NCBI GenBank assembly: GCA_965224085.1
Contig: CBDCYI010000005.1
Location: 864,001-928,000, forward strand
Direction of reading: 5' to 3'
Source: Candidatus Marinacidobacterales bacterium
Lineage (GTDB): Bacteria > Acidobacteriota > Vicinamibacteria > Marinacidobacterales > SMYC01
DNA: 64,000 nucleotides
Shown one piece after another: positions 10,566 through 21,458 of this stretch. Within the stretch, counting starts at the first letter, position 1; each line of letters opens with the position of its first letter. Under the pieces are notes generated by a model. That model was given only the letters and a program-made list of their open reading frames with translations, made no database searches and was not told the DNA's origin. The position numbers and the translations under genes are program-made.

Positions 10566-12483
10566 TTGTCGCTCAAATATTGCTCGAAAGCGCGCTTTGA
10601 TCTATTGGCCGGTGTGTTGTTGTCTTTGACAACCTGTGCGGTTTTCGTATCAGCTCAGGAGCTGGTGGTGACCGAAGAGGATTTCGCGGAGGAAAGAGTC
10701 TACTCGCCCTACGCCGGAAGGGCGTATGCCGACCAGGTCTTTTTCGGCGACATGCATTTTCATACCGACCTTTCGTTCGATGCGGGGGCTGATCGGAACC
10801 ACGCTGGACGCGCATGACGGGTTTCGGATGGCGCGGGGCGAGAAAGTGTTTTCCAATACCGGCCAACAGGTGCAGCTTATCCGGCCATTGGACTTCCTGG
10901 CGATCACGGACCACGCTGAGATGATCGGCCTTGCGCCTGCGATCCGCGAATCGAGCCCGGTTCTGTTGGCAGAACCCTGGGGCAGATGGATGCATGAGAG
11001 GTTCAACGCCGGTCAGGAAGGCCGGATGGAAGCGGTGAGAGATGTCGTCACTAGAGGAACGTCGGGGGAAAACCCCTTCAGTTCTGACGAGCTGACACGT
11101 TCCATCTGGGGGCAGTTCATTGAAATCGCGGATCAGTACAACGAACCCGGTCGTTTCACCGCAATGATCGGCTTTGAATGAACATCTACACCTAACGGCA
11201 ACAATCTCCATCGTGTCGTTGTGTTCAGAGATGGCGCCGACAAGACCAGTCAGACCGTACCCTTCTCGTTGTTTGACAGTGATGACCCAGAGGACCTGTG
11301 GTCGTACTTGGCAACCTATGAGGAAAAGACAGGTGGGAGTGCCATGGCTATTCCTCACAATGGCAATCTCAGCAACGGCTTGATGTTCTCCGACAAGGTC
11401 CACTCGGGCGGAGCGATGGACCGGGCCTATGCTCAAGCACGGATTCGCTGGGAGCCCATCATGGAGATCTCGCAGATAAAAGGAGATGGCGAGACCCACC
11501 CGCTCTTGTCGACTGAGGACGAGTTCGCAAACTATGAAACCTGGGATGTCAGCAATATCGATGGGTCAGCGCCCAAGCAAGAGTGGATGCTGCAATATGA
11601 GTATGGCCGGTCGGCGCTCAAGCTCGGGCTCAAACTCGGCAACCAACTTGGTATAAACCCCTATCAATTTGGATTGACCGCAGCCACAGACGCTCACACT
11701 GCACTGGCGACGACCCGGGAGGAAAATTATTTCGGTAAGTATGCGCAGACCGAGCCATCCCCTGAGCGACACAACCGCGAGGTAATTCCCGCCGATGATC
11801 CCGCGCTGAGAGTGTTTACTTCGCAGGAAGTGGCTTCCGGCCTCACCGCTGTTTGGGCTCGAGAGAATACGCGTGAAGCGTTGTTCGATGCGATGAAGCG
11901 CAAAGAGGTGTATGGGACCACCGGGACTCGAATCAAGGTTCGCGTCTTCGGTGGGTGGGACTTCGAGGCCGATGAAGTGGTGCGGCCTGATTTTGTTTCC
12001 GAAGGCTACCGTCGTGGCGTGCCCATGGGTGGATCCCTGTTTGAAGCGCCCGATGGCGGAGCGCCGAGTTTCATGATCCGCGCGCTGAGTGATCCGGACG
12101 GCGCCAACCTCGATCGGATCCAGATCATCAAGGGCTGGCTCGCTGACGATGGAGAATTACACGAGCGCATCTACGACGCGGCCGTTTCCGATGGCCGGCA
12201 GATCGGTGTGGACGGCCGTGCCAGCCGGCCGGTCGGCAACACGGTGGATGTGGATAACGCGACGTATACGAATTCCATTGGTGATGCGTTTCTGACGGCG
12301 TACTGGCGGGACCCGGACTTTGATGCCGTCGAACACGCGTTCTACTACGTACGCGTATTGGAGATCCCGACGCCCCGCTGGACGACGTACGACGCCGCGT
12401 ATTTCGGGATAGCCCGCCCGGATAACGTGCCTGCCACCATCCAAGACCGAGTTTACACCTCGCCCATCTGGTATACGCCATAG
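10566..12483 (+). pseudogene. DUF3604 domain exported metallo-protein with a frameshift and a premature stop
   Basis: FGDMHFHT.LSFDA, PLDFLAITDHAE, GFE[W]TS...NLHR, IPHNGNLSNG, QIKGDGETHP, QDRVYTSPIWY; extra G in run 10784-10788; TGA 11179-11181 at the Trp position. Confidence 0.85.
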
Positions 12484-12519
12484 GCACGTCACCGGTCGGC
12501 GATACAGGCGAATGCAAGC

Positions 12520-12968
12520 ATGGCCATCGCCGGGCGGTACGGGACGACGAGCCTCGTCGAGATAGAGTGTGACACCGCCTTGTGAGAGGCGCGCGTTCAA
12601 GAACGGGGCCAGCTCGTCCCACGACGCGACGCGGTCGAGCTCCCAGGCGCGCGCCGAGGCCGAGCCGGGCTCGAGACTAACTCCCGCCACGGGAAAGCCG
12701 AACGATCGAGGCGCTTTAGGCACAAACAGGATGGCTTCGCGCTTGGGGCCGGCGAGCGCGAGGATAGCGGACGGTTGCGATGCGAGCCCGGTGAAATAGA
12801 AGAAGGACGCATCTTGTTTGAAACCGTTGGCTCGGAGCCCGGCGGCGGTGGAGCGCGCATGGAGAACAACGATGCCATCAGCGTGACGTGCCCATAGCCG
12901 CTCTCGACGTTCGCGAACTCGCTCGTCGGGACGGTCTGCAGGACGGCAAGAAGCATCAGTGCTAGCAC
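12520..12968 (-). pseudogene. Xaa-Pro aminopeptidase-like protein, N-terminal domain only, frameshifted
   Basis: Signal peptide, then after a shift near 12910 RRERL...GIVVL...FKQDASFFYFTGL...AILFVP; no catalytic domain. Confidence 0.6.
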
Positions 12969-13021
12969 GTCAAGGTTCTGTTGAAACTCCTTCGAGGCTC
13001 CTACGATAAACTACCCAGGAT

Positions 13022-14251
13022 ATGACAAGACATCAAAGAGGGGTCGTCGTCACCGGGGCGGGCGTATGCTGCCACTTTGGCGATGATCTCGAGCGGATTA
13101 CGGCGGATCTTCGCTGTGGCAACAACACTCCGTTCCCGGTCTACGAACCTGCCGTGCAATATGGCGGCCGGTGCCGAATCATCGGCCTTTACCCCGGCGA
13201 TCTCGATGCGGCGTCGCTCGGGCTCAGCAAGCAACAGGAGCGCTTCATGGGCCGCACCGCGCGCCTGGCGCTCAAAGCCGCGCGCCGCGCGCTCGCCGAG
13301 TCGGGCGTCGAGACGGAAAGGCTCGCGGTCGTCGCCGGAAGCGGCGCAGGGGATGTCGCAACCCACCGTGAGATTGCCGAAAAGCTCGAGAAATCGGGGA
13401 TGCGACGCGTATCCGCGACCGTCATCCCGAAGCTCATGGCCTCGACGGTATCGGCGAACCTCGTGAGCGCTCTTCGCACCAAGGGTCCGTCGTTTTCCGC
13501 GAGCGCGGCCTGTTCCGGAGGTGCTTACAACATCCTTCTCGCAGCCGGCCTCATCGAGACCGGCGTTGTAGACGCGGCGCTCGCGGGCGGTGTCGAGGTC
13601 GCGGACCCGCATTTCTATGCGGGCTTCGATTCGATGCGAGCCTATAACGGGCTAAGCAACGACGAGCCCGAGCGTGCCTCGCGTCCCTACGCGAAGGATC
13701 GTGCCGGGTTCATCTTCTCCGAAGGTGCCGGCATGATCGTGCTCGAGGCGCGGGAGGTTGCGGAAAAACGAGCGGCGCCGATCTTGGGCGTGCTGAAAGG
13801 CTACGGGATGAGCTCCGACGGCACGGGGGAGATGGTAGCGCCTTCCTCGGACGGCGCCGAGGCGGCCATGGCGCAGGCGCTTACCCATGCAGGGGTCGAA
13901 GCTACGGACATCGACTACGTCAACACCCACGGCACGTCCACGCCCCTCGGCGATCTATCTGAAGTACGCGCCATGCGCCGCGTCTTCGCCAAGCGCAAAC
14001 CTTATTACTCGTCCACCAAAGGCTATACCGGGCACCCTGTCAGCGCCGCAGGTGCCATCGAAGCTATTTTCACCATGGCGATGATCCGCGGTGGGTGGAT
14101 CGCGCCATCGGTGAACGCGACACCTCTCGACCCGGAGCTCGAGGACTATCAGCCCGTTCTCGAGCCCATGGAAGCCCACCTCCGCCTTGCTTTATCGAAC
14201 TCCTTTGGATTTGGCGGCACGAACGCATGCCTCGTATTGGGAGCGTCCTGA
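13022..14251 (+). CDS. fabB: Beta-ketoacyl-ACP synthase (KAS I/II)
   Basis: SAACSGG catalytic Cys, NTHGTSTPLGD, KGYTGH, SNSFGFGG; MASTVSANL is closer to FabB. Confidence 0.8.
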   Translation: MTRHQRGVVVTGAGVCCHFGDDLERITADLRCGNNTPFPVYEPAVQYGGRCRIIGLYPGDLDAASLGLSKQQERFMGRTARLALKAARRALAESGVETERLAVVAGSGAGDVATHREIAEKLEKSGMRRVSATVIPKLMASTVSANLVSALRTKGPSFSASAACSGGAYNILLAAGLIETGVVDAALAGGVEVADPHFYAGFDSMRAYNGLSNDEPERASRPYAKDRAGFIFSEGAGMIVLEAREVAEKRAAPILGVLKGYGMSSDGTGEMVAPSSDGAEAAMAQALTHAGVEATDIDYVNTHGTSTPLGDLSEVRAMRRVFAKRKPYYSSTKGYTGHPVSAAGAIEAIFTMAMIRGGWIAPSVNATPLDPELEDYQPVLEPMEAHLRLALSNSFGFGGTNACLVLGAS

Positions 14252-14256
14252 CGAGA

Positions 14257-14673
14257 ATGACAAAAACGGACCGACGCATCGAGCTCGAATGGGTCTCGAG
14301 TCAGCGTTTCGAGGCCAAAAGCGACAACGGCCTCGAAACGACTCTCGACGGCAACAGAAAAGACGGCTTCTCGCCCATGGACAGTCTTTTATCATCGCTC
14401 TCGGCTTGCATGGGCATCGATGTCGTCATGATCCTCGAAAAAATGCGCACCGGGCTCACCGGATTGCGCATATCCATTGAAGGCGAACGTATGGACGAGC
14501 CACCACGCTACTTTCACCGTGTTCGAATACACTTCGAGATCCAGGGCGACGTGGCGCGTGACAAGGCGCAACGGGCCGTCGACCTATCGTTCAAAAAATA
14601 TTGCAGCGTGTTCCACAGCTTGCGAAAAGACCTCGACGTCGACACCACGATCGATATCCAGGAGGCCAGATGA
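14257..14673 (+). CDS. OsmC family protein (YhfA-like)
   Basis: SPMD.LL..L.ACMGIDV, KYCSV. Confidence 0.85.
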   Translation: MTKTDRRIELEWVSSQRFEAKSDNGLETTLDGNRKDGFSPMDSLLSSLSACMGIDVVMILEKMRTGLTGLRISIEGERMDEPPRYFHRVRIHFEIQGDVARDKAQRAVDLSFKKYCSVFHSLRKDLDVDTTIDIQEAR

Positions 14674-14694
14674 GCCGCGCGTAGGAAAGGTCAC

Positions 14695-15262
14695 GTGATC
14701 GCGACCGCAGACCATCTCATCGTTTTCACGTTCGCCGTGCTACTCCCTTCTTATGCTCGGTACAACTACCCGAGGTTCAAACGTGCCCTCGAGTCGGGAG
14801 AGCCTGGCATCCGAAGCCGTCAATATCGGCGCACCCTTCTTCGGCAATGGGGCCTGGAGATTCTGGCGCTGACGATATGGTTGTCTTCCGGCCGGAGCCT
14901 CGGCGCGCTCGGCCTCGGCGTGCCCGCCGGCACGGCGTTCTTCATTGGGCTCGTTCTCGCGGCCGGGCTCGCTCAGTTTTGGCGCACACAGATCCGGGCG
15001 GCCCTCGGTCACGACAAGGCGCGTCGGCGGCTCGTCGAGCAGCTTCGCGCCATCGCACCGATTCTGCCCACGAGCGCTTTGGAGCTTCGTCTGTTCACGG
15101 CGCTTTCGCTCACGGCGGGCATCTGTGAGGAAATTCTTTTCCGAGGCTATTTGATCTGGTATCTCGAGATCACTATCGGGATCGCGGGGGCCATGATCCT
15201 ATCGAGCATCGTCTTCGGCATCGGCCACATTTATCAAGGCCGAAGACAAGCGTTCAAAGTGG
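14695..15262 (+). pseudogene. CPBP (Abi/CAAX) intramembrane metalloprotease, 3' end replaced by IS110 sequence
   Basis: GICEEILFRGY and FGIGHIYQG present; the last TM helices with the final His motif are absent. Confidence 0.75.
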
Positions 15263-15486
15263 GTCAGACTGCAAACATATCTACGGCCTCAGTGACGAGC
15301 TTCTTGTGTGCTCCGGGCCATGACGGAAAATCCGCGCGCGAGGAGCCAATCACTTTGAGCGACCTCTGAGGGCCAGTGTTGCTATCGGCTTGACCCCGCG
15401 CCGGTCCGACCGGTACGCCATCAGTTGGATGGGTATCGTCGCAGCCTCTGTTGGAAGAGAACATGGAAAACACGAAAGTGGAGCCT
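15263..15486 (-). ncRNA. Putative IS1111-type 3' non-coding region (seekRNA/bridge RNA candidate)
   Basis: ~220 nt non-coding stretch downstream of the IS110 transposase with blocks GATGGCG..CGGTCGGACCGG, AAGCCGAT, TGATTGGCT, CGCGGATT, ATGGCCCG, GAGGCCG, TTGCAGTC. Confidence 0.55.
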
Positions 15487-16330
15487 CTATGCGGCCGCAG
15501 GCACCGACTGGAATTCACTCTCGCGGGTGGAGACGGCCCAGACTATCCGGGCGAGTTTGTTGGCGACAGCAATCGCGGCTTTGTTGTGTCCCCGCGAGCG
15601 GTGGAGCTTCCGCGCCCAGGCGCGGAGCTTGTCGGGCGGGCTCTTGCTGACGTTGGCCGCTCGGAGCATGGCGCGTCCCCCCTGCGTGAGGAGCGTACGG
15701 AGGTAGGAGTCGCCACGCTTGGTGATGCGCCCGAGGCGGCGAATGTCACCACTGGAGTTCTCTTTGGGAACGAGGCCGAGGTAACTCGAGAAGCGGCGTC
15801 CCGATGGGAAGCGGCGCAGATCCCCAACGAAGCCGACGATGGCGGTCGCGGTCAGAAGTCCGATGCCGGGAATGGTGAGAAGTCGTTGCACCTCAGGAAG
15901 CTGCTTGGTGAGCGCCTTGAGCTCGTGCTCGATGCCAGCGCACTTGTCCTTGAGGTCTCGAATCTCGGAGCACGCATCACGCAGGTGCGGACGGAGCACG
16001 TCGGGCAAATCAGAATCAGCGTCTTCGACGAGCTCGGAGATGGCGGGCACGACGAAGTGAGCGCCCTTGGGGATGAAGAGTCCGAGCTCGCGCGGGATCC
16101 CGCGTACGGCATTGATGCGTGCGGTCCGTGTGGAGAGCCATCCTGTGGAGCGCGGCGAGGGTGTGCTGGCGCACGGACTTGATGGGCACCGAAAGAATCT
16201 CCTCGTTCCGGTGAGCCTCGAGCAAAGCTTTGGTGTCCGCGCGGTCGTTCTTGCTCCCGCGTCGATACGGCCTTACGAGGTGAGGTGGGAGCAGGACGAC
16301 GTCGTGTCCCAACCGTCGCAACGTCCTTGC
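15487..16330 (-). pseudogene. IS110-family (IS1111 subgroup) transposase lacking its N-terminus, with a frameshift near 16135
   Basis: LGHDVVLLPP..VRPY...KNDRAD, TIPGIG, YLGLVPKENSSG, LG.ITKRGDSYLRTLL, AVANKLARIVWA. Confidence 0.85.
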
Positions 16331-17012
16331 CGCGATGGCATTCATTGCAGTTTGCGGCGAGCATCGGCGCGATGTCCCGATGGTAGGTGACTTCGGAGGG
16401 GCCGTTGTTGGGCCAGGCCTCGAAAACACAACCTACTGGCTCCGTCTCGAAAATTTTGGGGCGTCTCCCTTCCGACGCGGCCGCGATCGCGTCTCGAAGA
16501 TCATGGGACGACACTTGGCTACGTACACGACCGGGCGTGAGGTACAGGTCGTTGATGCGGCCGCGATAGAGCATGCGGTCCTGTCCATCGACGACGAATG
16601 CTTCCGGCACCGCCTTTGGAGCGAGGCGTCGCGCGAGGTCACCCGAGCTGTCCCACAGGATAGGGAAGCGCATTCCAAAGTCGTCCCGGAATGCGCGTGC
16701 CTCATGCGGGGTTACGAGAGGATCCGAGATCACTCCGTAGAACGCCACGCCCCGTCGTTTCGCGTCGATGGACAGCGCATCGAGATCGGGCGCGAGTCGG
16801 CGCGAGATGGGGCAACCCGTTTCGAGCACGACGAGCACGACGGCGCCATACTCCGCGTCGGCTCCGAGGCGGTGGTGCTTACCGTCGACATCGAGAAGGC
16901 GCACATCCAGTATGCCCGCCGTTTTTGGTGAGACCGCCGCCATGGGCGCGAAGCCGCCGAGCGCCAATAGCGAAACGAGGGTTGCCACGATTGAGAAAAA
17001 AGTACGGGTCAT
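16330..17012 (-). pseudogene. Exported redoxin (AhpC/TSA-like) + c-type heme domain protein, N-terminal part
   Basis: Signal peptide, GCPIS, PEAFV, YRGRIND, PVGC, VTYHRDIAPML..NCNECHR; cut by the IS110 fragment. Confidence 0.75.
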
Positions 17013-17590
17013 TTCGCCTCCTTCGGAGATAAGCCATCGAGCAATGTGCGGAAGGCAAGAGCGGGCGCATCTCGCCGGGCGACGGTGCCGTCATTGACCG
17101 CCGACCAAGCCGCGTAGATGAGAGCGTCGACGGCGATCGCCACCCACGGTGTAGGAACGTCGCTTGCGATGCTTCCTTCGGACTTCGCGGCCTCGATCAA
17201 GCCTTCGAGCTCGCGCCGCTGCCGCTCAATCTCAGGCCGCACGTCCGGGTCATTCTCGAGATGGGATTCCATCAAGAGAAAGCGGTAGCGCTCGCCAAGC
17301 GGGACGACAACGCCAAATATCAGCTCTAGTGCGTGGCGCGCCGACGTCGCTTGGTGCTCGATGGGCGCGGTGCGCTCGTCTATCTCGCGGATCGACTCGA
17401 GGGTGAGCGCTTTCAAGAGCTTTTCACGTGAAGAGAAATGGCGGTAGAGGGTCGCCCGCCCAACGCCCGCCTCCTCCGCGATCCGGCTGAAGGACGCGCC
17501 CGGGTTTGCAAGAAGCACCGAAACGCTGGCCTCGAGCACCGCTCGTCGTGCTCTGGACGTTTCGTCTCTAATGAGACAATAATATCTCAA
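17009..17590 (-). CDS. TetR/AcrR family transcriptional regulator (start uncertain)
   Basis: HTH IAEEAGVGRATLYRHFSSREKL. Confidence 0.9.
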   Translation of the reverse strand: MRYYCLIRDETSRARRAVLEASVSVLLANPGASFSRIAEEAGVGRATLYRHFSSREKLLKALTLESIREIDERTAPIEHQATSARHALELIFGVVVPLGERYRFLLMESHLENDPDVRPEIERQRRELEGLIEAAKSEGSIASDVPTPWVAIAVDALIYAAWSAVNDGTVARRDAPALAFRTLLDGLSPKEAK

Positions 17591-17597
17591 CTGAGAC
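17564..17597. promoter_or_regulatory. Probable TetR operator array
   Basis: Alternating half-sites GTCTC / TGAGAC / ATCTCA / TGAGAC, including the imperfect palindrome TGAGACAATAATATCTCA (17572-17589) over the tetR 5' end. Confidence 0.5.
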
Positions 17598-17625
17598 GCT
17601 AAATCAACATTTTGGATTTGGATTT

Positions 17626-17940
17626 TTGGCGATGGCGGATCTCTCAGTCGCAGCGCATCGTCTCCACGGGGTGACTGATACTCTAATAACGGATAGGAGA
17701 TCGTTTTGTCGCCACGATGCGCCTAGCTTTCGTATCGCGGTTGTCGCTCTGATGGCGATTTTTTCGCCCTTCGTGCTGACCCCGCTGGGCGACAGCGTGG
17801 TCCCCTGGCTGCTCGAGACCCCTCAACGGGTGGCGTGGACGGCGTTCGGCTTCTTGCTCTTCGTCGAGCTCGGTGCCTTGGCCGTTGGCGTCGTCTTGCA
17901 CCGCAGCGCTAAACACGAGAGCGCGCCCGCCGACACTTAG
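17626..17940 (+). CDS. Small hypothetical membrane protein or fragment
   Basis: Two hydrophobic helices in the C-terminal half; N-terminus doubtful. Confidence 0.3.
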   Translation: MAMADLSVAAHRLHGVTDTLITDRRSFCRHDAPSFRIAVVALMAIFSPFVLTPLGDSVVPWLLETPQRVAWTAFGFLLFVELGALAVGVVLHRSAKHESAPADT

Positions 17941-18090
17941 GCACGCGTCGGACAGCTTTCGGCAGCGCGAATCCATCGTCCCTATGAGAGCGATATAAAT
18001 CGCGACACCGGTCACGAGGCACACGAGCGGCTCGGACGATTAGCCGCGAGCAACCCACTCCCGATCGAGCCCGTTGACCGCTAGACTAAA

Positions 18091-20016
18091 CGGAAGTTCC
18101 CGGCTTAGGCCAGACGTAATGTATTGAACGCGTGGAGTTTTTCATCAGGGAAGGTTTCCCGGCACTGGGAACAAACCGAGCAGTTGCATTGCGCGTTGTT
18201 GTGTTGAGTTGGCTTCGGTCACCATCTGGAATGGTGGAGCGGTCGGGTCGGCTTTGAGTTGGCAAAGGTTGAGACTGCGGGTAGCAAGCTCGGCAAGAAG
18301 CGTGGGGAAACTGTGAATAGGTAATCCGTCAGATGTGCGACGGACGCTCTTTTTGTTTTTGGCCGAAGTCGAGGGCAGAGCTGGCAAGACGGGGTCTCGG
18401 GTCTCGCGGTCGGCGTCAAGTTGCTCGTCGACGAAAAGTAGTGGAGCAAGGGCCTTTTTCATGTGCCATTGCACATAGTAGGCGAGCAAGCACAAGAAGA
18501 TGTGTGCCCGCACGCGTTGGGCATCGCGATGGCGGATGGGTCGTACTAAGGTCGATGCCCTTCAAACAACGAAAGGCTTGTTCAACCTGAGAGAGCCGCT
18601 TGTAGCTGCGCACGGTGTCCTCGGCCGAGAGATGCTCAAGCGGCTCGCTGGTGCGGATTACGTAGATGCCGTCGCGTTCCGATTCTCGGCGAATGCTTTC
18701 CTCGCGTCTGCTGTAGCTAAAAAGGCTATCTTCGATCTTCAGTGTGAAGTGCTTGCCCACTTTGTAATGGTTGAGCACCTTTCCGACCTTCTTGCCAATT
18801 TCAGCTTTGTCCAAAGGAGTTTTCGTTCGCCGGGCAACCTGTCGGCGGATCTTGTCGAACTTGGCCTCGGTCGCTTCAAGCAGGGCCTGGCGCTTCCTTC
18901 GCCTCTCTTCGGCCAGCAGAGGGTTGTAGCAAGCAATCAGTCGCTCACCGGGAAAATCAATAGAAGTGATCTCCGCCAGGTTTTTTTGGTCGAACAGCGA
19001 CAGCTGCAAACACTCCGTGTCCAGTAGTTTGCGAATCGCTGTCGAACGCAAGGCTGAGATCCAGCCAAGTCCTGGGTATTGCCTTAGAGCCTTAATCTGA
19101 GTCTGAGTGAGCAAGCCCCGGTCACCAACCAGCACCACCTGTTGAAGCTCAAAACGCTCACGAAGCTTTTGTACTTGATCCGGTAGTGTCGTCGGATCCC
19201 CTGTGCTCCCCGGGTAGACCTCCACGGCCACGGGACGTCCTTCGTGGTCCGTTAACACTCCATAGACAACGATGGGTTTGCCCTTTTTACCATCTCGGCC
19301 GTAGCCGAAAAGAGCCAGTGGACAGGTGCGTCCTTCATAGTAGCTACTGCTCACATCGTAAAGCACCTGTGCACCCTCGGAAAGGTGTCGACTCGCCAGC
19401 TTCTTTTCGATCCGAGACTGGCGCTGGATCAACCAATCCATTGCCGCATAGAGATCATCTTCGTCCGCATCGACCACGCCGAGCTCTTGCGCCAGCGTTG
19501 TCGTGTGCCACAGTCGTGTCGTGCCCAACTTCGAGCTGGGATGAATGAGTTGCTCGGCAATCATGGCGATAACCAGATCGCGTTCGCGACATCGTTTCGA
19601 CGCGATGAGTCTATCGAGTTCCAGTTGGTGGATGGTGCCGAGCACTGCCTCGACATGGCCGTGGGGCAGTGTCCGCTGCACGACGAACACATCCGACGGA
19701 GCCATCAAGGGCTCGTCTCTCAGTAAGCGTCGCAGGGCTTCGACCTTGGCCTTGGGCCACTCCGTCAGATTGGCGATGGTGCGCTTTCGGATGCGCTTTC
19801 CCTCTCGCCAACCCTCGCGCAACAAGATGGCTGGCCGGGAGTTCCGGTTGGGAACGATGTCGACATACATGGCAACAATAATACACATAAAAAGCTTAAT
19901 ATCAATATAAAACAGATCAATACATGGGAAAACTTGTGGGGCCACATTTTCTCGTTTCCCACTTAGAATCAATGAATTACACCCCGTTCTAGGTGTTTCT
20001 GTTAGGGGAACTTCTG
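18091..20016 (-). mobile_element. IS1634-family insertion sequence with both ends and a 6-bp target duplication
   Basis: Terminal IRs CGGAAGTTCCC / GGGAACTTCTG; ACTAAA at 18085-18090 and 20017-20022. Confidence 0.88.
18145..19870 (-). pseudogene. IS1634 transposase with a frameshift near 18547
   Basis: MYVDIVPNRNS, LYDVSSSYYEG, FGYGRDGK, VGDRG, VEQAFRCLK; continues in a shifted frame as VRPIRH..RVRAHIFLCLLAYYV. Confidence 0.88.
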
Positions 20017-20174
20017 ACTAAAGTGACGCGGCTCGCACTCTTTCCGCTGTGAACGGAATTTGTCGCAGCCGTCTCCCCGTCAGGTTAAACAAGGCGTTGC
20101 CGGCTCGCGTATCGGCTCAGGGACCAGTATCTTTGAGGTTGCGAGAGCCCGAAGTTTCTTAGGACGGGCGCTCC

Positions 20175-20585
20175 TTACGGTTGTTTCTCGCGCTCGGCCG
20201 CTTTGCTTTTGAGCGCACGCCCTTTGTCCGGAGTCGGATCGTCCACGGAGCCGTAGATGCCGCGACCTTCGTGTTCTTCGGGGAGATATTCCGTGATCGG
20301 TTGTCCCTCTTCGTTCACGAAGAGCAGACAATGACAGTATTTGTAGATCTGCATGTCGTCGCACGGGCAGAGCCATGTCCGATGCTTGATCTCTTCTTGC
20401 TTGTCGGGGTAGAAACGGCACGGGCATAGCGGTCTTCCCAGCTCGTCGACATGCCGGGCAAGACCGAGCACCACCGCCTCGGTGATCGTTTCGTCGGGAT
20501 GCGTGGTAGTGCCCGATTTCTTGGTGTAGCTGTCTACGAGATTTTCCATGCGCGCCATGCTCCGCGCACTTGGTCTTTTCGCCAT
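20175..20585 (-). CDS. ftrC: Ferredoxin:thioredoxin reductase catalytic subunit
   Basis: Diagnostic CPC...CPC...CHC motifs (LCPCR, LCPCDD, YCHCLLF). Confidence 0.88.
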   Translation of the reverse strand: MAKRPSARSMARMENLVDSYTKKSGTTTHPDETITEAVVLGLARHVDELGRPLCPCRFYPDKQEEIKHRTWLCPCDDMQIYKYCHCLLFVNEEGQPITEYLPEEHEGRGIYGSVDDPTPDKGRALKSKAAEREKQP

Positions 20586-20606
20586 CTTCTCTACCCTATG
20601 CTTAGT

Positions 20607-20713
20607 GCTCTCTCTCTTGACCTTGCGCGAAGCTCGCGGGGCGTGTCGTCGGCCTACTCAGGCCGGGCTCGCTCCGCTCGCGGGGTGCAGATGACCTTTC
20701 AGCATCCTGCCAG
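20607..20713 (+). repeat. ~110-bp intergenic repeat (MITE/REP-like), copy A
   Basis: Aligns with the reverse complement of 27909-28020; ends GGGTGCAGATGA(G)CCTTTCAGCAnCCTGC. Confidence 0.7.
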
Positions 20714-20719
20714 TGCCCA

Positions 20720-21457
20720 TTATATCTTTTCCATCTCGGTGCGGCGGATCCAGCCGGCGAGGCCGTTCGCGAGCGTGACCTGGAACCAGTCTTCACGCTC
20801 CGCTATCACGCGAACTTTGAGACCTTCGTGAACTTCCGCAAGGCGCGGACTGCCTTCGCCCGGGCCACTGCGCACATAGGCGTTGTCCGTGAGCACGATG
20901 GCTTCGACGCGATTCGCTTCGGCATTCAACTTAGCCAGGAGTGTCGCCCCCGATAAGAACGCCGTCGAACCACACAGGACGAGCGCCGAGATGGCCGCGG
21001 TGCGCCAGCTCGGCCACGCGTCGTAAAGAAAGATCGTCAACAAGGCGCCTGCTAGCACGAAAGAAAGACTCAGTACCCGTGCAAGGGTGTCGGGACGCAC
21101 GCGCTGGTAAAGCCTGACAAGCCAGCGGATCACGAGCGGTAGAGGCGCGGGCTCGACCGCGTCCGCGATCAGCTCAGTGGCAAAGGTCAAGTTTGTTCTC
21201 GTCTCTTCGTCGCCTGGCATGAGCTTGAGCGCACGCTCGTAGTTCAGAACCGCAAGGCCAATCTTTCCCGCCTTGAAATAGGCGTTGCCGAGGTTGTAGT
21301 AGAGAACGCCGTCTTCGATCGACAGGGCGCGCATCGCTTCGTACGCGACGATGGCGTCGTCGAAACGCTGCTCTTGGTAATGCGCCTCCGCGCGCGCGAA
21401 GGCCTCTTGCGGAGATTCAATCGCGACTTGAAGCAAGATCACGACGAACCAGGACAT
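20720..21457 (-). CDS. batE: BatE: TPR + TM + SH3 domain protein
   Basis: YYNLGNAYFK, A.LNYERAL, VRSGPG..EVHEGLKV..W...GWI. Confidence 0.85.
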   Translation of the reverse strand: MSWFVVILLQVAIESPQEAFARAEAHYQEQRFDDAIVAYEAMRALSIEDGVLYYNLGNAYFKAGKIGLAVLNYERALKLMPGDEETRTNLTFATELIADAVEPAPLPLVIRWLVRLYQRVRPDTLARVLSLSFVLAGALLTIFLYDAWPSWRTAAISALVLCGSTAFLSGATLLAKLNAEANRVEAIVLTDNAYVRSGPGEGSPRLAEVHEGLKVRVIAEREDWFQVTLANGLAGWIRRTEMEKI

Positions 21458-21458
21458 C

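Noticed and set aside
11179-11181. TGA as selenocysteine or alternative genetic code
   Set aside because: The position corresponds to Trp in GFEWTS, TGA ends many other genes here, and the same gene also has a frameshift.
13022-14251. Orphan ketosynthase as part of a polyketide cluster
   Set aside because: No ACP, chain-length factor or tailoring genes nearby; it looks like a standard FabB/F.
15852-17012. 386-aa redoxin/cytochrome c ORF as a complete gene
   Set aside because: After CNECHR the ORF runs out of frame through IS110 sequence.
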